A DNA stretch of 60,544 nucleotides, filler included. It is 4 parts of 4 records of this genome, joined end to end, with 100 filler letters (N's around TTAATTAATTAA, not from the genome) between each part and the next. Parts side by side here need not be neighbours in the genome. Positions count along the whole stretch, not along the records: positions 1 to 19,466 come from DRR723986_9109; 3 more parts are not named here. One strand, given 5' to 3'. The notes under the pieces are model-generated. The model did not search any database. It was not told the DNA's origin and saw only the letters and a list, made by a program, of their open reading frames with translations. The stretch's first letter is position 1. Every line of letters begins with the position of its first letter. Both the position numbers and the translations under genes were made by a program. Below, one piece after another: positions 8,803 to 18,642 of the stretch.

Positions 8803-10116
8803 CTATTCGCGAACTTCTGCGAGTAAGCTGCTAAAGTTGAATTGATGGACGAGTGTCATCGCTGTCTCACGTCGTTCATCGTCTTCTGCGTACAACTCAT
8901 CCCGCAATGCGGCTTCTGCTTCCTGCGGAGCAAGTGAGCAGAAAAACTCCAGGATCTCTGCTCGTACCTGCGGAACGTCATCAAGTTTGAGCAAGAGTGT
9001 TGCCATGAAGGCGCTACGGCGGTCATCATCCATTTGCTCAAAGACTTCCCCAGCGTCGCCCAATACTTCCAGCAGAGCTACGCCGTCTTCGGCAAATGTA
9101 TTGAGAATCGAAAGTGTCAAGCCTTCGAGTGTCTCAATGCTTGAGTAACCGAGGGCTACCATCAAAATCTGGCGTCGAGTCTCCGATTCCCGTCTGGAGA
9201 GTTCCTGCATGAGTGCAGGAATGTCCTCAGGAAAGTATTCGCTTCCCAGGCCCAGAAGCCCTGCAACGCGAACGTCGGCATCTTCATCTGCCAGTGCTGA
9301 GTATGCCGCCACACGCAATTCGGCGGACAGCTCAATATTTTCCTCAAAGCGCAGAGCAATACTGTAGATAGATGTAAGCAGAATGCCCTGAACCTGTGGT
9401 TCGGCATTCGGCAGCAGTCCCATCAAACGATGTGCAATTTCAACGCTGGTAGCTCCACCTGCCAGCGCGTCGATACTTGCCACCTGCAGGAACTCATCGT
9501 TGGACGCGATAGTCTCCAACAGGAAATCTTCGGCAGCGGGGCCTCCAATGGCACCGACAGCATCAATGATGTGCGGGCGCATGTCTTCATCGCGCTCGTA
9601 GAGAGCCAGCAAGGCTTGCATCGCTTCGTCGCGCTGCAACTTGCCCAGAGTTTCGATCCCGCTGGCGCGTACATTGCCGTCTTCGTGTTCGAGCAGGCTG
9701 ATGATTCCGTCTACCGGGCCGTTATAACTCATAATGCCCATCAGATCGCAGGCAAACTTGATGTTATCGGCATTGTCATCCAGCCATTCAGCCAGGCCGG
9801 GCGCTGCCGCCTGGCCCAGTTTGAACAATACATCACCGGCAAGGTTCCGAATCTCAATGTTCGCATCACCAATCAGTGAGGCTACACCGCGACTCTTGCC
9901 ACCGGCCTTGTACTCTGTCAGTAGATCTGGTTCACGAGTAAGAGTGTTCGCACATGCGTCGCGGACACCTTTATTTGGGTCCTTTAAGCCCGCAATCAAC
10001 GCGTCAACGACTACCTCGGTACACAACTCTGGTGCCGCAAGGTCTTCGGCTGCAATACGGCGGTCACGCGCTTCCTGCGCCGAGGATAACTCTTCAATCA
10101 GTTCGGATACGTTCAT
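8803..10116 (-). CDS. HEAT-repeat protein, first gene of the che cluster
   Basis: Repeated HEAT-like units (LKDPNKGVRDACANTL, LEHEDGNVRASGIETLGKL, LADEDADVRVAGLLGLG). Confidence 0.85.
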   Translation of the reverse strand: MNVSELIEELSSAQEARDRRIAAEDLAAPELCTEVVVDALIAGLKDPNKGVRDACANTLTREPDLLTEYKAGGKSRGVASLIGDANIEIRNLAGDVLFKLGQAAAPGLAEWLDDNADNIKFACDLMGIMSYNGPVDGIISLLEHEDGNVRASGIETLGKLQRDEAMQALLALYERDEDMRPHIIDAVGAIGGPAAEDFLLETIASNDEFLQVASIDALAGGATSVEIAHRLMGLLPNAEPQVQGILLTSIYSIALRFEENIELSAELRVAAYSALADEDADVRVAGLLGLGSEYFPEDIPALMQELSRRESETRRQILMVALGYSSIETLEGLTLSILNTFAEDGVALLEVLGDAGEVFEQMDDDRRSAFMATLLLKLDDVPQVRAEILEFFCSLAPQEAEAALRDELYAEDDERRETAMTLVHQFNFSSLLAEVRE

Positions 10117-10240
10117 TTTCTATGTCCTGTACCGAGATAATATTCCCCACTCGGCGAAATTCGCCCGCGGCGACGGAACGAATTGTTTTGATTGTGTCGA
10201 ATTCGTTGCCAGTACGAATCGAGTGCTAAAAATAGCCGAA

Positions 10241-10256
10241 TGAAAGTATCACGCCA
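10241..10256 (-). promoter_or_regulatory. Candidate sigma54 (-24/-12) promoter of the HEAT-che operon
   Basis: Minus-strand TGGCGTGATACTTTCA versus consensus TGGCAC-N5-TTGCW (non-canonical TC at -12); 125 nt upstream of the HEAT gene and immediately downstream of a sigma54 activator gene. Confidence 0.4.
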
Positions 10257-10349
10257 AACTTTTTACGGCCGGCAAGGGATTTAATATGTCGACGATTCTA
10301 CATGTATCATGCTCATGTTACGAATCCGCCACAAATCGGCGTTCTAAAG

Positions 10350-11777
10350 CTATGAAATATCCTTGCCATTTATCGAAATACCCAGCTGCTCAATTCTGTA
10401 GCGCAGTTTGGCTCGGGAAATTTCAAGAATCTTGGCTGCCTTTAATTGATTGCCGCCGGTAAGATGTAAAGTCTGAATAATCAGATCCCGTACAACATTC
10501 CCAAGCGACGCCCCTTGACGCGAAACCGATAAATAGTGTTGCCCCGGAAGTAATTCGCGTTTTTGAAAAGCAGCAGCCGGCGACGGACCCGGCCCCAGTT
10601 TAAGAAATTTTAGTGAGTCTTTGGAGATAACATGGTCCGTTTCAAGTAGTGAGACGCGCTCAATGACGTTGCGCAGCTCGCGGATGTTACCTTTCCACTC
10701 ATAGGTCTGCAGAATATCAACCGCCTGCGGCGTAAAACCAGAAATCTCTTTGCCAAACTTAGCGGCGAACTCATGCACAAACAATGTGGCCAGTTCAAGT
10801 ATGTCATCGGGCCGTTCACGCAGCGGCGGCAGCGTCAGTGACGCTACATTAAGACGATAGTACAAATCTTCGCGGAAGCTGCCTTCCTCGATCAGTTTTT
10901 CCAGCTCGCGGTTGGTTGCAGCCAGCACACGCACGTCGATTGAAACTTCTTTTGAGCCGCCTAATCGGTAAAAGCGCTTTTCCTGCAGGACGCGCAGCAG
11001 CTTTACCTGCATCTCCGGGCTGAGTTCGCCGATCTCATCCAGCAAAATTGTTCCGCGGTGCGCCATCTCAAAACGCCCCTTTTTGACTTTTTCCGTGGCA
11101 CCGGTAAATGCGCCTTTTTCATAGCCAAACAGTTCGTTTTCGGCCAGCTCACGTGGGATCGCGCCGCAGTTTACGGAGATGAATGGCCCGTCGGCACGTG
11201 GAGACTTGCGGTGGATGTGGCGCGCCATCAGTTCCTTACCGGTTCCCGACTCACCTAAAATCAGGACGGTCGTGTCATCACTCTTGGCCACCATGTCTGC
11301 AAAACGAATTGCTTTGAGCATGGATTCTGACTTGGCGTGAATCTCTTCGTCTACATGCTCGTCCGCCAGGCGTTCAGTCAGGACGTCTACCTGCCTGCGC
11401 AACTCATAGTTTTTGAGTGCGCGCTCAACCGACACCTCAAGTTGCTCCAGATCAAGCGGCTTGACGATAAAATCTTCGGCACCAAGTTTAACGGCTCGAA
11501 CGGCCATCTTCACATCGGAAAATGCCGTCATCATTATAACCGGAATGCGAATGTCACGCTCACGGAGCATCTCCAGAACGTCCAGGCCATTCAGGTCACC
11601 CAGGAAAACGTCCAGCAGAATCAAATCCGGATGCTCTAGATCAATGTCATTGAGAGCTTGTTCACAGTCGGTATACGGCAGAACGGTGCGATATAGCCCC
11701 GAGAGCACGCCCGCAACCGTGGAGTTGACGAGCGGATCGTCGTCTATGATTGCAATTGTGTACTTAGCTTTGGCCAT
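10350..11777 (-). CDS. Sigma54-dependent NtrC-family response regulator (REC-AAA+-Fis HTH)
   Basis: GESGTGKE, GAFTGA, LLDEIGE, FREDLYYRL, GNQLKAAKILEISRAKLRYR. Confidence 0.95.
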   Translation of the reverse strand: MAKAKYTIAIIDDDPLVNSTVAGVLSGLYRTVLPYTDCEQALNDIDLEHPDLILLDVFLGDLNGLDVLEMLRERDIRIPVIMMTAFSDVKMAVRAVKLGAEDFIVKPLDLEQLEVSVERALKNYELRRQVDVLTERLADEHVDEEIHAKSESMLKAIRFADMVAKSDDTTVLILGESGTGKELMARHIHRKSPRADGPFISVNCGAIPRELAENELFGYEKGAFTGATEKVKKGRFEMAHRGTILLDEIGELSPEMQVKLLRVLQEKRFYRLGGSKEVSIDVRVLAATNRELEKLIEEGSFREDLYYRLNVASLTLPPLRERPDDILELATLFVHEFAAKFGKEISGFTPQAVDILQTYEWKGNIRELRNVIERVSLLETDHVISKDSLKFLKLGPGPSPAAAFQKRELLPGQHYLSVSRQGASLGNVVRDLIIQTLHLTGGNQLKAAKILEISRAKLRYRIEQLGISINGKDIS

Positions 11778-11814
11778 GTGTCGTTCTCATCCTCTTTGTC
11801 GAACAATTGCGTCG

Positions 11815-12921
11815 TCATGAATAACCGGGGACGGGAAATTTGACGTAAAACGTCGTGCCTTCACCAACAACGGATTCCACGTCGATCACACCCTGGTGCT
11901 CGTGGACTATGCGTTGAGAAATTGGCAGGCCCAGTCCCGTGCCATCGGCTTTGCGAGTAAAAAAAGGATTGAAGATTTTTGAAAAGTCGTCCTGACGGAT
12001 GCCATAACCCGAATCGGCTATCGCGACTACAATCATTGTGCCGTCACCGCGCGCGGTTGGCTCGGAATAACTGCGGATGTCAATTGTGCCACGCGCCTTG
12101 ATGGAGTCGGCCGCGTTTGTCAGGAGGTTAATGAACACCTGCTGAATTTGCTGAGCATCGATCAGCAGGTCCGGAATGTTTTCTGCCAGGTCTATGGCCA
12201 CCTTGATCGTTTTGCGTTTGATCGTGGATGAGACCAGTTCAACTGAGTTGACAATAACCGCATTGATTTGCTGCTTACGTGTTATCGGCTGCGTGGAACG
12301 CGAGAAATCAAGCGTCGATTCAACGATGCGGGTGATGCGCTGCACACCTTGCAGGGCTGAGTCGATCAGCGGGCCATCTTCGCTGCCCTCGGGGTGGCGC
12401 CGTCCCAGCATCTGCAAATTTAGGTTGATGGCAGCCAATGGGTTGCGAATCTCATGTGCCACTCCCGCAGAAAGTTGGCCCAGGAGAACCATTTTGTCGG
12501 CCTGAACAAGTTTGTCGGTAAGGGCGCGTTGCTCCGTCACATCACGTGCAATCGCCTGGATCAGGCGCCGGCTATTGTAGTCTACAAAACGGGCGCTGAC
12601 TTCCAGCATCACCGGTTTGCCGTCTGGAGTCTCAATTGACAATTCTGAGAGGATTGTTGGTGAGGCGGATTTCACCAACAGTTTAAAGATGCGGCGGAAC
12701 TGGGGAAATGTCGAGCCAATTATCAGGTCGTCATCAACACCCAATAATATCGAGGCGCGTTTATTGGCGTCCAGAACCGACCAGGTTTCCGGCTGAACGA
12801 CTAAAACAGCGTCCGAGGCATTATCGAAAAACGATTTATACCAGGCCAGCTGCTTCTCAAGTTTTCTGACTTTTTCCGCTCCAGCGTCGGGCTCTGCGAC
12901 GTAATCGGAGGATGTTTGCAT
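11815..12921 (-). CDS. Cytoplasmic PAS-domain sensor histidine kinase (NtrB/FleS-like)
   Basis: PAS region, GVAHEIRNPL H-box, INLLTNA, DSGYGI, GTGLGL. True start taken at MQTSSD (12921) because the upstream extension overlaps the TPR gene. Confidence 0.9.
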   Translation of the reverse strand: MQTSSDYVAEPDAGAEKVRKLEKQLAWYKSFFDNASDAVLVVQPETWSVLDANKRASILLGVDDDLIIGSTFPQFRRIFKLLVKSASPTILSELSIETPDGKPVMLEVSARFVDYNSRRLIQAIARDVTEQRALTDKLVQADKMVLLGQLSAGVAHEIRNPLAAINLNLQMLGRRHPEGSEDGPLIDSALQGVQRITRIVESTLDFSRSTQPITRKQQINAVIVNSVELVSSTIKRKTIKVAIDLAENIPDLLIDAQQIQQVFINLLTNAADSIKARGTIDIRSYSEPTARGDGTMIVVAIADSGYGIRQDDFSKIFNPFFTRKADGTGLGLPISQRIVHEHQGVIDVESVVGEGTTFYVKFPVPGYS

Positions 12922-13048
12922 GGGTACTCGCGCGCTTGGAATCACACCAATCGCAACAAATATAGGATTTCTGCGCTTATTCGTTCTTTTTTGTGCCGAA
13001 TCACTCAAAACAATCTTGGCGGCATTCCGCTTTCGGCAGCTGGCGCAA

Positions 13049-15421
13049 CTAGTCTTTCTTTGGTTTTTTCTCGTCCTTCGGTGGATCTTCTTCCGACTCT
13101 TCTTCCTTTTTTCCTTCTTCAGACTCGGGGTCGTCAGGGTCGCCGCTTCCCGCTTTGCTGTCCGAATCCTGATCGGATTCTTCCTCATCGGACTTCAGCT
13201 TGTTTGGCGTCTTGTCGCTGTCTTTTGACGTGTCGTCCTTTTTCTCAGTTTCTTCTTTCTGTGATTGCTGTGGCTGTTTGGTGTCGGCTTCAGTGCGCAC
13301 ACTGGTTGTGTCTACGCCACCGAGCAGGTCGTTGCCATTGATGTTGATTGAGGGCATCGAGACTTTGGGCCGCGGAATGGAGATGCCACGCTGCGGAGTC
13401 TGCTGATTGTTGATGTCGTCTTGATTTTTCTTTGGATAGGGAACCACAACTCCAGGAGGAGGAGAGTCACCTTTGTCCGTTTTGCGAGCGCGTTCAATGC
13501 GCGTGGCTTCTTCCAGCGAGTCCAGGTTGAGTCCGTCGCGTTTGGCCATGGCAAACATAACGCCGGGCAGCACATCACGTGCGTATTCCGAGTCTGGATA
13601 GTCATCGACTAATTGTTTGTAGTAGGTGAAGGCGCTGTCATTATCCAGCAGCTTGCGTTCCCAGACCCAGCCTGCCAGGTAGAGCGAGCGTGGCGCCAGT
13701 TCGGATTTTGGATGGCGGTTCGCCACATCTGCAAACTGGGCGGCCGCACTTGGGAACCGTTCGTTTTCCAGCTGGCGTTCACCACCCTGATATTTGTTGA
13801 GAACCGGATCAACGATCGCATTCTCACTCAACTCAAATTCCTGACGCGCTATTTCTCCGTACTCCGTCAGCGGATACTTGTTGAATATTTCCTGGTAAAT
13901 CTCATAGAAGCGATCGTAATCACTGAATTCTACCATGCGCGCCTCAGCATACAAATACTTGGCGCGGCTCTGGTTGCCTTGCGGACACAGTTCACTGGCA
14001 AAGTTGTAGTAGACCAGCGCCGAGTCCGGATTCCCAAGCCGTTCATGCACACGACCAGTCTCAAACAAAGCCGCAGAGACGTCAGCCTTGAGTGTGTCGG
14101 TGCCCGTGTTGGTCTCAATCATGCGGCCGCGCAATGGCAGCGCCATTGCCGTCTTTTTCTCCCAGGTGTTGAGCAGCTCAAAGTAACGCCCCGCCTCAAT
14201 GTGGACCGGCGAGCGCACCACTTTTGACTGCGCAAAGTATTTGCGGGCCTCGGAGTAACGGCCTTCGTGGAATTTATCCAGGCCACGCTGGTAGTAATAC
14301 GCCGCAATCGCCCCGTTGCCGATATACGCGGTATCGGCATTTTGCTCCATGCCCTCCAACGTCTTTTCACTGGCACCAATCGACTGACGTAAGTTCATGA
14401 TTTGTGCCGGTGTGACTGAAGCCGTGTTGCCGGTCTCCAACGCCGTGGCCGAATCGAGCATGTGGCTGACTTCCTGGCGATGCAGGTTCATCGATTCTGC
14501 CCAGGTGTAACCCTGCCACTCTTCAAAATTGCTGTTGTCGGCCAGCTCTTCGAGCAGCTCGCGCGACTCGTCAAAACGGCCAAGTCTGGCGAGTGAAGCC
14601 GCCATGTAAAGTTGGGCTTCGTATTCAACCAGAATGTTCGGCGAATGCTCAAAAACGGCCTTAAATTCTTCGTAGGCGCGCTCGAACTCATTTTTGCGGT
14701 ACAGAATAGCACCGATTTCAAACTGCCAGGTAGCGCGCAGGCCGCCGTCATCACCCTGCGAAACTGCACGGCGGTAGGGCTTGAGCGCATCGTCAATATT
14801 GTCTTCGTATAAAGCCAGCTCAGCCTGCAGGCGGAAAGCTTCTGAGAGCACTTCGTAGTTGCGCTGGCCCCAGGCGATATCAACAGTGCGTGAGAGCGCC
14901 ATTTCGCCAGACTCGTAGCGCGTCTGCATGAAGTAGTTCTTGGCCAGAATCAGATGGATCTCAGGTGCAAAACTACTGTTTGGGCGCACATCCATCAGTT
15001 CCTGGCATTTGATCTGCGACTGCTGCCATTCACCTTTGAAGAAATGTGACTTGGCCATCAGGAAGAGCGAACCATCCACATATGATGATTTGGGGTGGTT
15101 CGCCAGAATCTTGGAGCCTTTGATCAATATCGAATCAACTTTAGTCTCGACCGGTTTGAGGTGATTCGCCGGAACGATGAATTCCGAAAGGAATTCCGGT
15201 CGAGGTTTGGAGAGAACTTCCTCCTCAGCCAGAGTATGTTGTTCCGCAACAATGACACGTGGTTTGTCGCGGTCTTTTTCCTTTTCATACGCAAAGGAAT
15301 CTTCCACCTCCATCATGATGCGCTTGGCATTATAATAGGTGTTGAAGAGGGTTGTGAAATTGTCGTACGTCGCACAGCCGACAAGAACCAACGCTAGGCA
15401 GAAAGGCAGAACTTTACGCAT
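13049..15421 (-). CDS. TPR lipoprotein, SprE/PorW-like (type IX secretion / gliding associated family, tentative)
   Basis: Lipobox LVLVG-C; N-terminal NFTTLFNTYYNA and KGSKILANHPKSSYVDGSLFLMAKSHF resemble SprE/PorW; multiple TPR units; acidic disordered tail. Confidence 0.65.
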   Translation of the reverse strand: MRKVLPFCLALVLVGCATYDNFTTLFNTYYNAKRIMMEVEDSFAYEKEKDRDKPRVIVAEQHTLAEEEVLSKPRPEFLSEFIVPANHLKPVETKVDSILIKGSKILANHPKSSYVDGSLFLMAKSHFFKGEWQQSQIKCQELMDVRPNSSFAPEIHLILAKNYFMQTRYESGEMALSRTVDIAWGQRNYEVLSEAFRLQAELALYEDNIDDALKPYRRAVSQGDDGGLRATWQFEIGAILYRKNEFERAYEEFKAVFEHSPNILVEYEAQLYMAASLARLGRFDESRELLEELADNSNFEEWQGYTWAESMNLHRQEVSHMLDSATALETGNTASVTPAQIMNLRQSIGASEKTLEGMEQNADTAYIGNGAIAAYYYQRGLDKFHEGRYSEARKYFAQSKVVRSPVHIEAGRYFELLNTWEKKTAMALPLRGRMIETNTGTDTLKADVSAALFETGRVHERLGNPDSALVYYNFASELCPQGNQSRAKYLYAEARMVEFSDYDRFYEIYQEIFNKYPLTEYGEIARQEFELSENAIVDPVLNKYQGGERQLENERFPSAAAQFADVANRHPKSELAPRSLYLAGWVWERKLLDNDSAFTYYKQLVDDYPDSEYARDVLPGVMFAMAKRDGLNLDSLEEATRIERARKTDKGDSPPPGVVVPYPKKNQDDINNQQTPQRGISIPRPKVSMPSININGNDLLGGVDTTSVRTEADTKQPQQSQKEETEKKDDTSKDSDKTPNKLKSDEEESDQDSDSKAGSGDPDDPESEEGKKEEESEEDPPKDEKKPKKD

Positions 15422-15492
15422 GGAAGATCATTTTGGTATCATTTGCAATTGGGGCCATGAAACTATCCAAAAGGCCCGGATTCTGCAAGGTA

Positions 15493-17352
15493 CTAATCAG
15501 TACCGCGGCCGAAGAATACCTCGCGGAGGCGCAATTCGTCCTCACCGGCTTCTTCCAGAATTTCAACGGTCCATTCAGGTCGAGTCACTGGACGGAGCTT
15601 GGTTGCATACATGCGTCCGTCACATTCGGCAGTCACGAGTGCATCAGCCTCTGTGCCGTTTGTGTTGAACGCCAGCGTCAGATCTGCGGGTGAAGTCACG
15701 CGCAGTCCGTTCACCGCCAGAATCTCATCGTCGATGCCAATTCCGGCTGCGGCGGCCGGTGTTCCGTCCGTCACACGTTGAACGAGCAGACGTCCCTTCT
15801 TTTCGTGTACGTTCAAGCCGCTAAAAACTTTTGCCGCTTTTGGCATTGGGCCGATTTCTTCCGTAAAATCTTTTCGCTGTTCTTCGGCCTTTTCCGTCCA
15901 GCGCATCCCGAGTTTTGGCAGATATTCGGCGTAGGGCAGGTCGCCCGTGCCGCTCAGCCACGCTTCCAGCTTCTCGGAAATATCAACGCCGGTGGCTTCC
16001 AGCAGCAGCTGATTAAACTCAGCTTGTGTGATGCCACGCTCGGGGCGGGCTTGATACGCCTGCCACAGCGCACGCATCCCGTCATCCAGGGTGTGTTTAC
16101 CGTTGGACTCCACAATGATGTGCAGGTCAACCATAAAAAATATCACAGCACCACGTGTGTAGTAGGAAGGGAAACGGTTGGGGGAGTCCGCATTTGCATG
16201 GTAGAGTTTGACCCAGGCCAGGAAGGAACTGTCTTTGACGTTCATTTGGTCGCGGCCCGGACCCGAAATCTCACGCCACAGGTGCTGCTCAGCAAAACTC
16301 GTCATGAATTCGGCGCGCGTGCGGAAGCCACAGCGGAACGTCAACAAGTCATCGTAATACGACGTCACGCCCTCAGCCAGCCAGAGCATATCCGTGTAGA
16401 CTTCATTCAAATAGTCAAAAGGCCCGAGCAGCATCGGACGGATGCGCTTTACATTCCACAAGTGGAAGTATTCGTGGACCAGCAGCTCTAACAAACGCAG
16501 AATCGATTTTTTGTCGTCGGCCAAGTTTGTATCAAAGGCATTGATCGAACAGCGCGCGTGTTCCAGGCCGCCAAAAATTCCCGGATACATCTGTAGGACA
16601 AAAATGTAGCGGTCATACGGCAGGCCGCCCATCAACTGCGCCTCGGTATCAATAATCGTGCGCATGCGCTCTACCAGCCACTGATTGTCAAAGTTGCCCT
16701 GGCCAGCAATCGCAATTTCCTGGATGGCGCCGTGTGACTCAAAGCTGGTCACAAAGTGGTCACCAATCTCCAGCGGCGAATCCACCAGGCAGTCGTAGTT
16801 GGCTGCCGCCAGTACGAGCGGCCCCGACGCGCCGGGATGCACAGGTGAGAGCGGCGTTGAGACCTGCGGCCACGCCTGTGTATCGTGATGCAGCGTGACG
16901 TGATGCACCTCTTGTGTGCGCTGCGCCGCGTAGAGCAGGCAGGTGCCCGGCATAATAAAGGCGTGGAAGCGGTTTACATGTGAGGTCCGCACCGTGCGCT
17001 CATGAGCGTAATAGACGTAGCTGACTTTTAGCTTCTGGCAGTTCCTGGACTGCACCAGCAGCTGATTTTTGCTGATCCAGGCTTTGGCCGGCTCGGCGCC
17101 ATTTTCATCTGTGATGTGCAGGTTGCCCAGCTGCGAACTGTATTCGCGCAATTTATAGCTGCCGGGCGTCCAGGTGGGCAGGCAGAGTTCAATTTCATCA
17201 CCGGGAGCATCCACCGTCATCTCCACGCGCAGCAGGTGCTGCGGCGCCAGGTCAAAATGGATGTCGTAGCGGATGGCTGCTGTCGTGCCGATCATATCCT
17301 GATCGCGCTGCTCAATAAAATACTTGTCGCTCATGGCCTGCTCACTCATCAT
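15493..17352 (-). CDS. M61 family glycyl aminopeptidase with PDZ domain
   Basis: PTWTPGSY, GGLEH, HEYFHLWNVKRIRP, WLAEGVTSYY, C-terminal PDZ; exact start uncertain. Confidence 0.93.
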   Translation of the reverse strand: MMSEQAMSDKYFIEQRDQDMIGTTAAIRYDIHFDLAPQHLLRVEMTVDAPGDEIELCLPTWTPGSYKLREYSSQLGNLHITDENGAEPAKAWISKNQLLVQSRNCQKLKVSYVYYAHERTVRTSHVNRFHAFIMPGTCLLYAAQRTQEVHHVTLHHDTQAWPQVSTPLSPVHPGASGPLVLAAANYDCLVDSPLEIGDHFVTSFESHGAIQEIAIAGQGNFDNQWLVERMRTIIDTEAQLMGGLPYDRYIFVLQMYPGIFGGLEHARCSINAFDTNLADDKKSILRLLELLVHEYFHLWNVKRIRPMLLGPFDYLNEVYTDMLWLAEGVTSYYDDLLTFRCGFRTRAEFMTSFAEQHLWREISGPGRDQMNVKDSSFLAWVKLYHANADSPNRFPSYYTRGAVIFFMVDLHIIVESNGKHTLDDGMRALWQAYQARPERGITQAEFNQLLLEATGVDISEKLEAWLSGTGDLPYAEYLPKLGMRWTEKAEEQRKDFTEEIGPMPKAAKVFSGLNVHEKKGRLLVQRVTDGTPAAAAGIGIDDEILAVNGLRVTSPADLTLAFNTNGTEADALVTAECDGRMYATKLRPVTRPEWTVEILEEAGEDELRLREVFFGRGTD

Positions 17353-17536
17353 CTTTCGGGTTTAGTCCGCGCTGTTCAGTCTCAAATTCTGTATTAAAAA
17401 CTAAAAAGGCGCGGACGGCGGTTCTGTTGCATTGTTCGTGCGGATGGGCGCCTGTCGGCACCGGCCGCAATTGTGGCTCTGCCGGAAAATTGTCTCTCCA
17501 GCCGGCCGGGAGATTCAGGGGCGTCGGACTAAACGT

Positions 17537-18469
17537 CTAACGTCCGCCGAAATAGGAACTTTCCATAAAGTCTTCATCAAAGTCGCGGCGGCGGCGTGCC
17601 TCGGGCGTTTTGCAGTATTCCGCCCATTTGTTCTGCCAGTCTTCACCCAGCACCGAATCCATAAATCGCGCGTGCCGGCCGGCTTCCAGTTTTTTTGCCG
17701 CTATTTCATCTTCCAGCGCGCGCCGCTGCTGCGCTATCCAGGAGTCTTCGTAGAGGCTTTCGCGCCAAATCAGCGGCTCTTCTTGTTGTAGCGCAGCGTT
17801 TTTGCGCTGCTCATATTCTACGCGGCGTTGCAGCGATTCTACTTCTGCGCGCAAATGATCCAGGTTCAGCGTCGGCTGCTCCTCCGTTTCCTGCCTGCCG
17901 CAAACGATGTCGTATATCGACTGCAGGCGCGCCAGGTTGCGCGTCTCATAGGCCGATTGCGCGCGCTGCCAGTATTTACTGAAGTCCGCAACACTCGCGC
18001 CCACATCGGGGTGCAGCTTCTTGACGATTTCGCGGTAGATGCCCGGCAGTTCCTTCAGCTCCTGTTTCGCCAGCTTCTGGCGGCGGCGTTCGCGTTTGCG
18101 TTTGTCTTTCTCCGCCAGGTTCTGCAGACGCTCGCGCAGCTTGGCAAATTCGCGGTCTACCAGGTCGTGTACCAGGCGCACCACATCCGCCGTCAGCTTC
18201 TCACCGCGTTCCAGTTTTGTCCTGAAAATCTCTTCGCGGCGTGCCAGGTCCGCACAACGCAGGGACTCGCGCTGGAGTTCAATTTCTATCTCGCGGAAAT
18301 GTCGTTCGTATTCGGCGCGCAATTCGGGGATGACGTTGTGCTGCAGCTCATACCATTCATCCAGCGTCGTGGCCAGCTCCGTCCGTAGCTGGCGGCGGCG
18401 TTCCTCAAGCGCAGTGCGCTCGGGGTGGCGTTCAATCGGTGAGGATGTGTTATCTGCTGCTGGACACAT
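17537..18469 (-). CDS. Coiled-coil protein with internal J-domain-like HPD motif
   Basis: YREIVKKLHPDV followed by WQRAQSAYE helix; start taken at ATG 18469. Confidence 0.7.
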   Translation of the reverse strand: MCPAADNTSSPIERHPERTALEERRRQLRTELATTLDEWYELQHNVIPELRAEYERHFREIEIELQRESLRCADLARREEIFRTKLERGEKLTADVVRLVHDLVDREFAKLRERLQNLAEKDKRKRERRRQKLAKQELKELPGIYREIVKKLHPDVGASVADFSKYWQRAQSAYETRNLARLQSIYDIVCGRQETEEQPTLNLDHLRAEVESLQRRVEYEQRKNAALQQEEPLIWRESLYEDSWIAQQRRALEDEIAAKKLEAGRHARFMDSVLGEDWQNKWAEYCKTPEARRRRDFDEDFMESSYFGGR

Positions 18470-18642
18470 AAGCCAATGGCGACGGGCAAAGCGCAGGTCT
18501 AGTTTGTGGCAAACAATTAAAATGTGTTTCCGGCTTGCGGCGCAATCCCACCGGCCATGGTTCGTTGTTTCGGCTGCACGCCTGGAACCTGGTGTGCGCA
18601 AAAACATTTTCTACAGCCTTTTTCCCGGAAAGGAAGATTCTT

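Noticed and set aside
10117..10240. Possible cheW remnant upstream of the HEAT gene
   Set aside because: The minus-strand frames I read gave no CheW-like sequence; treated as leader DNA.
12922..13188. Lys/Arg-rich N-terminal extension of the PAS kinase ORF
   Set aside because: Alternative-frame read of the acidic tail of the TPR gene; the real start is probably 12921.
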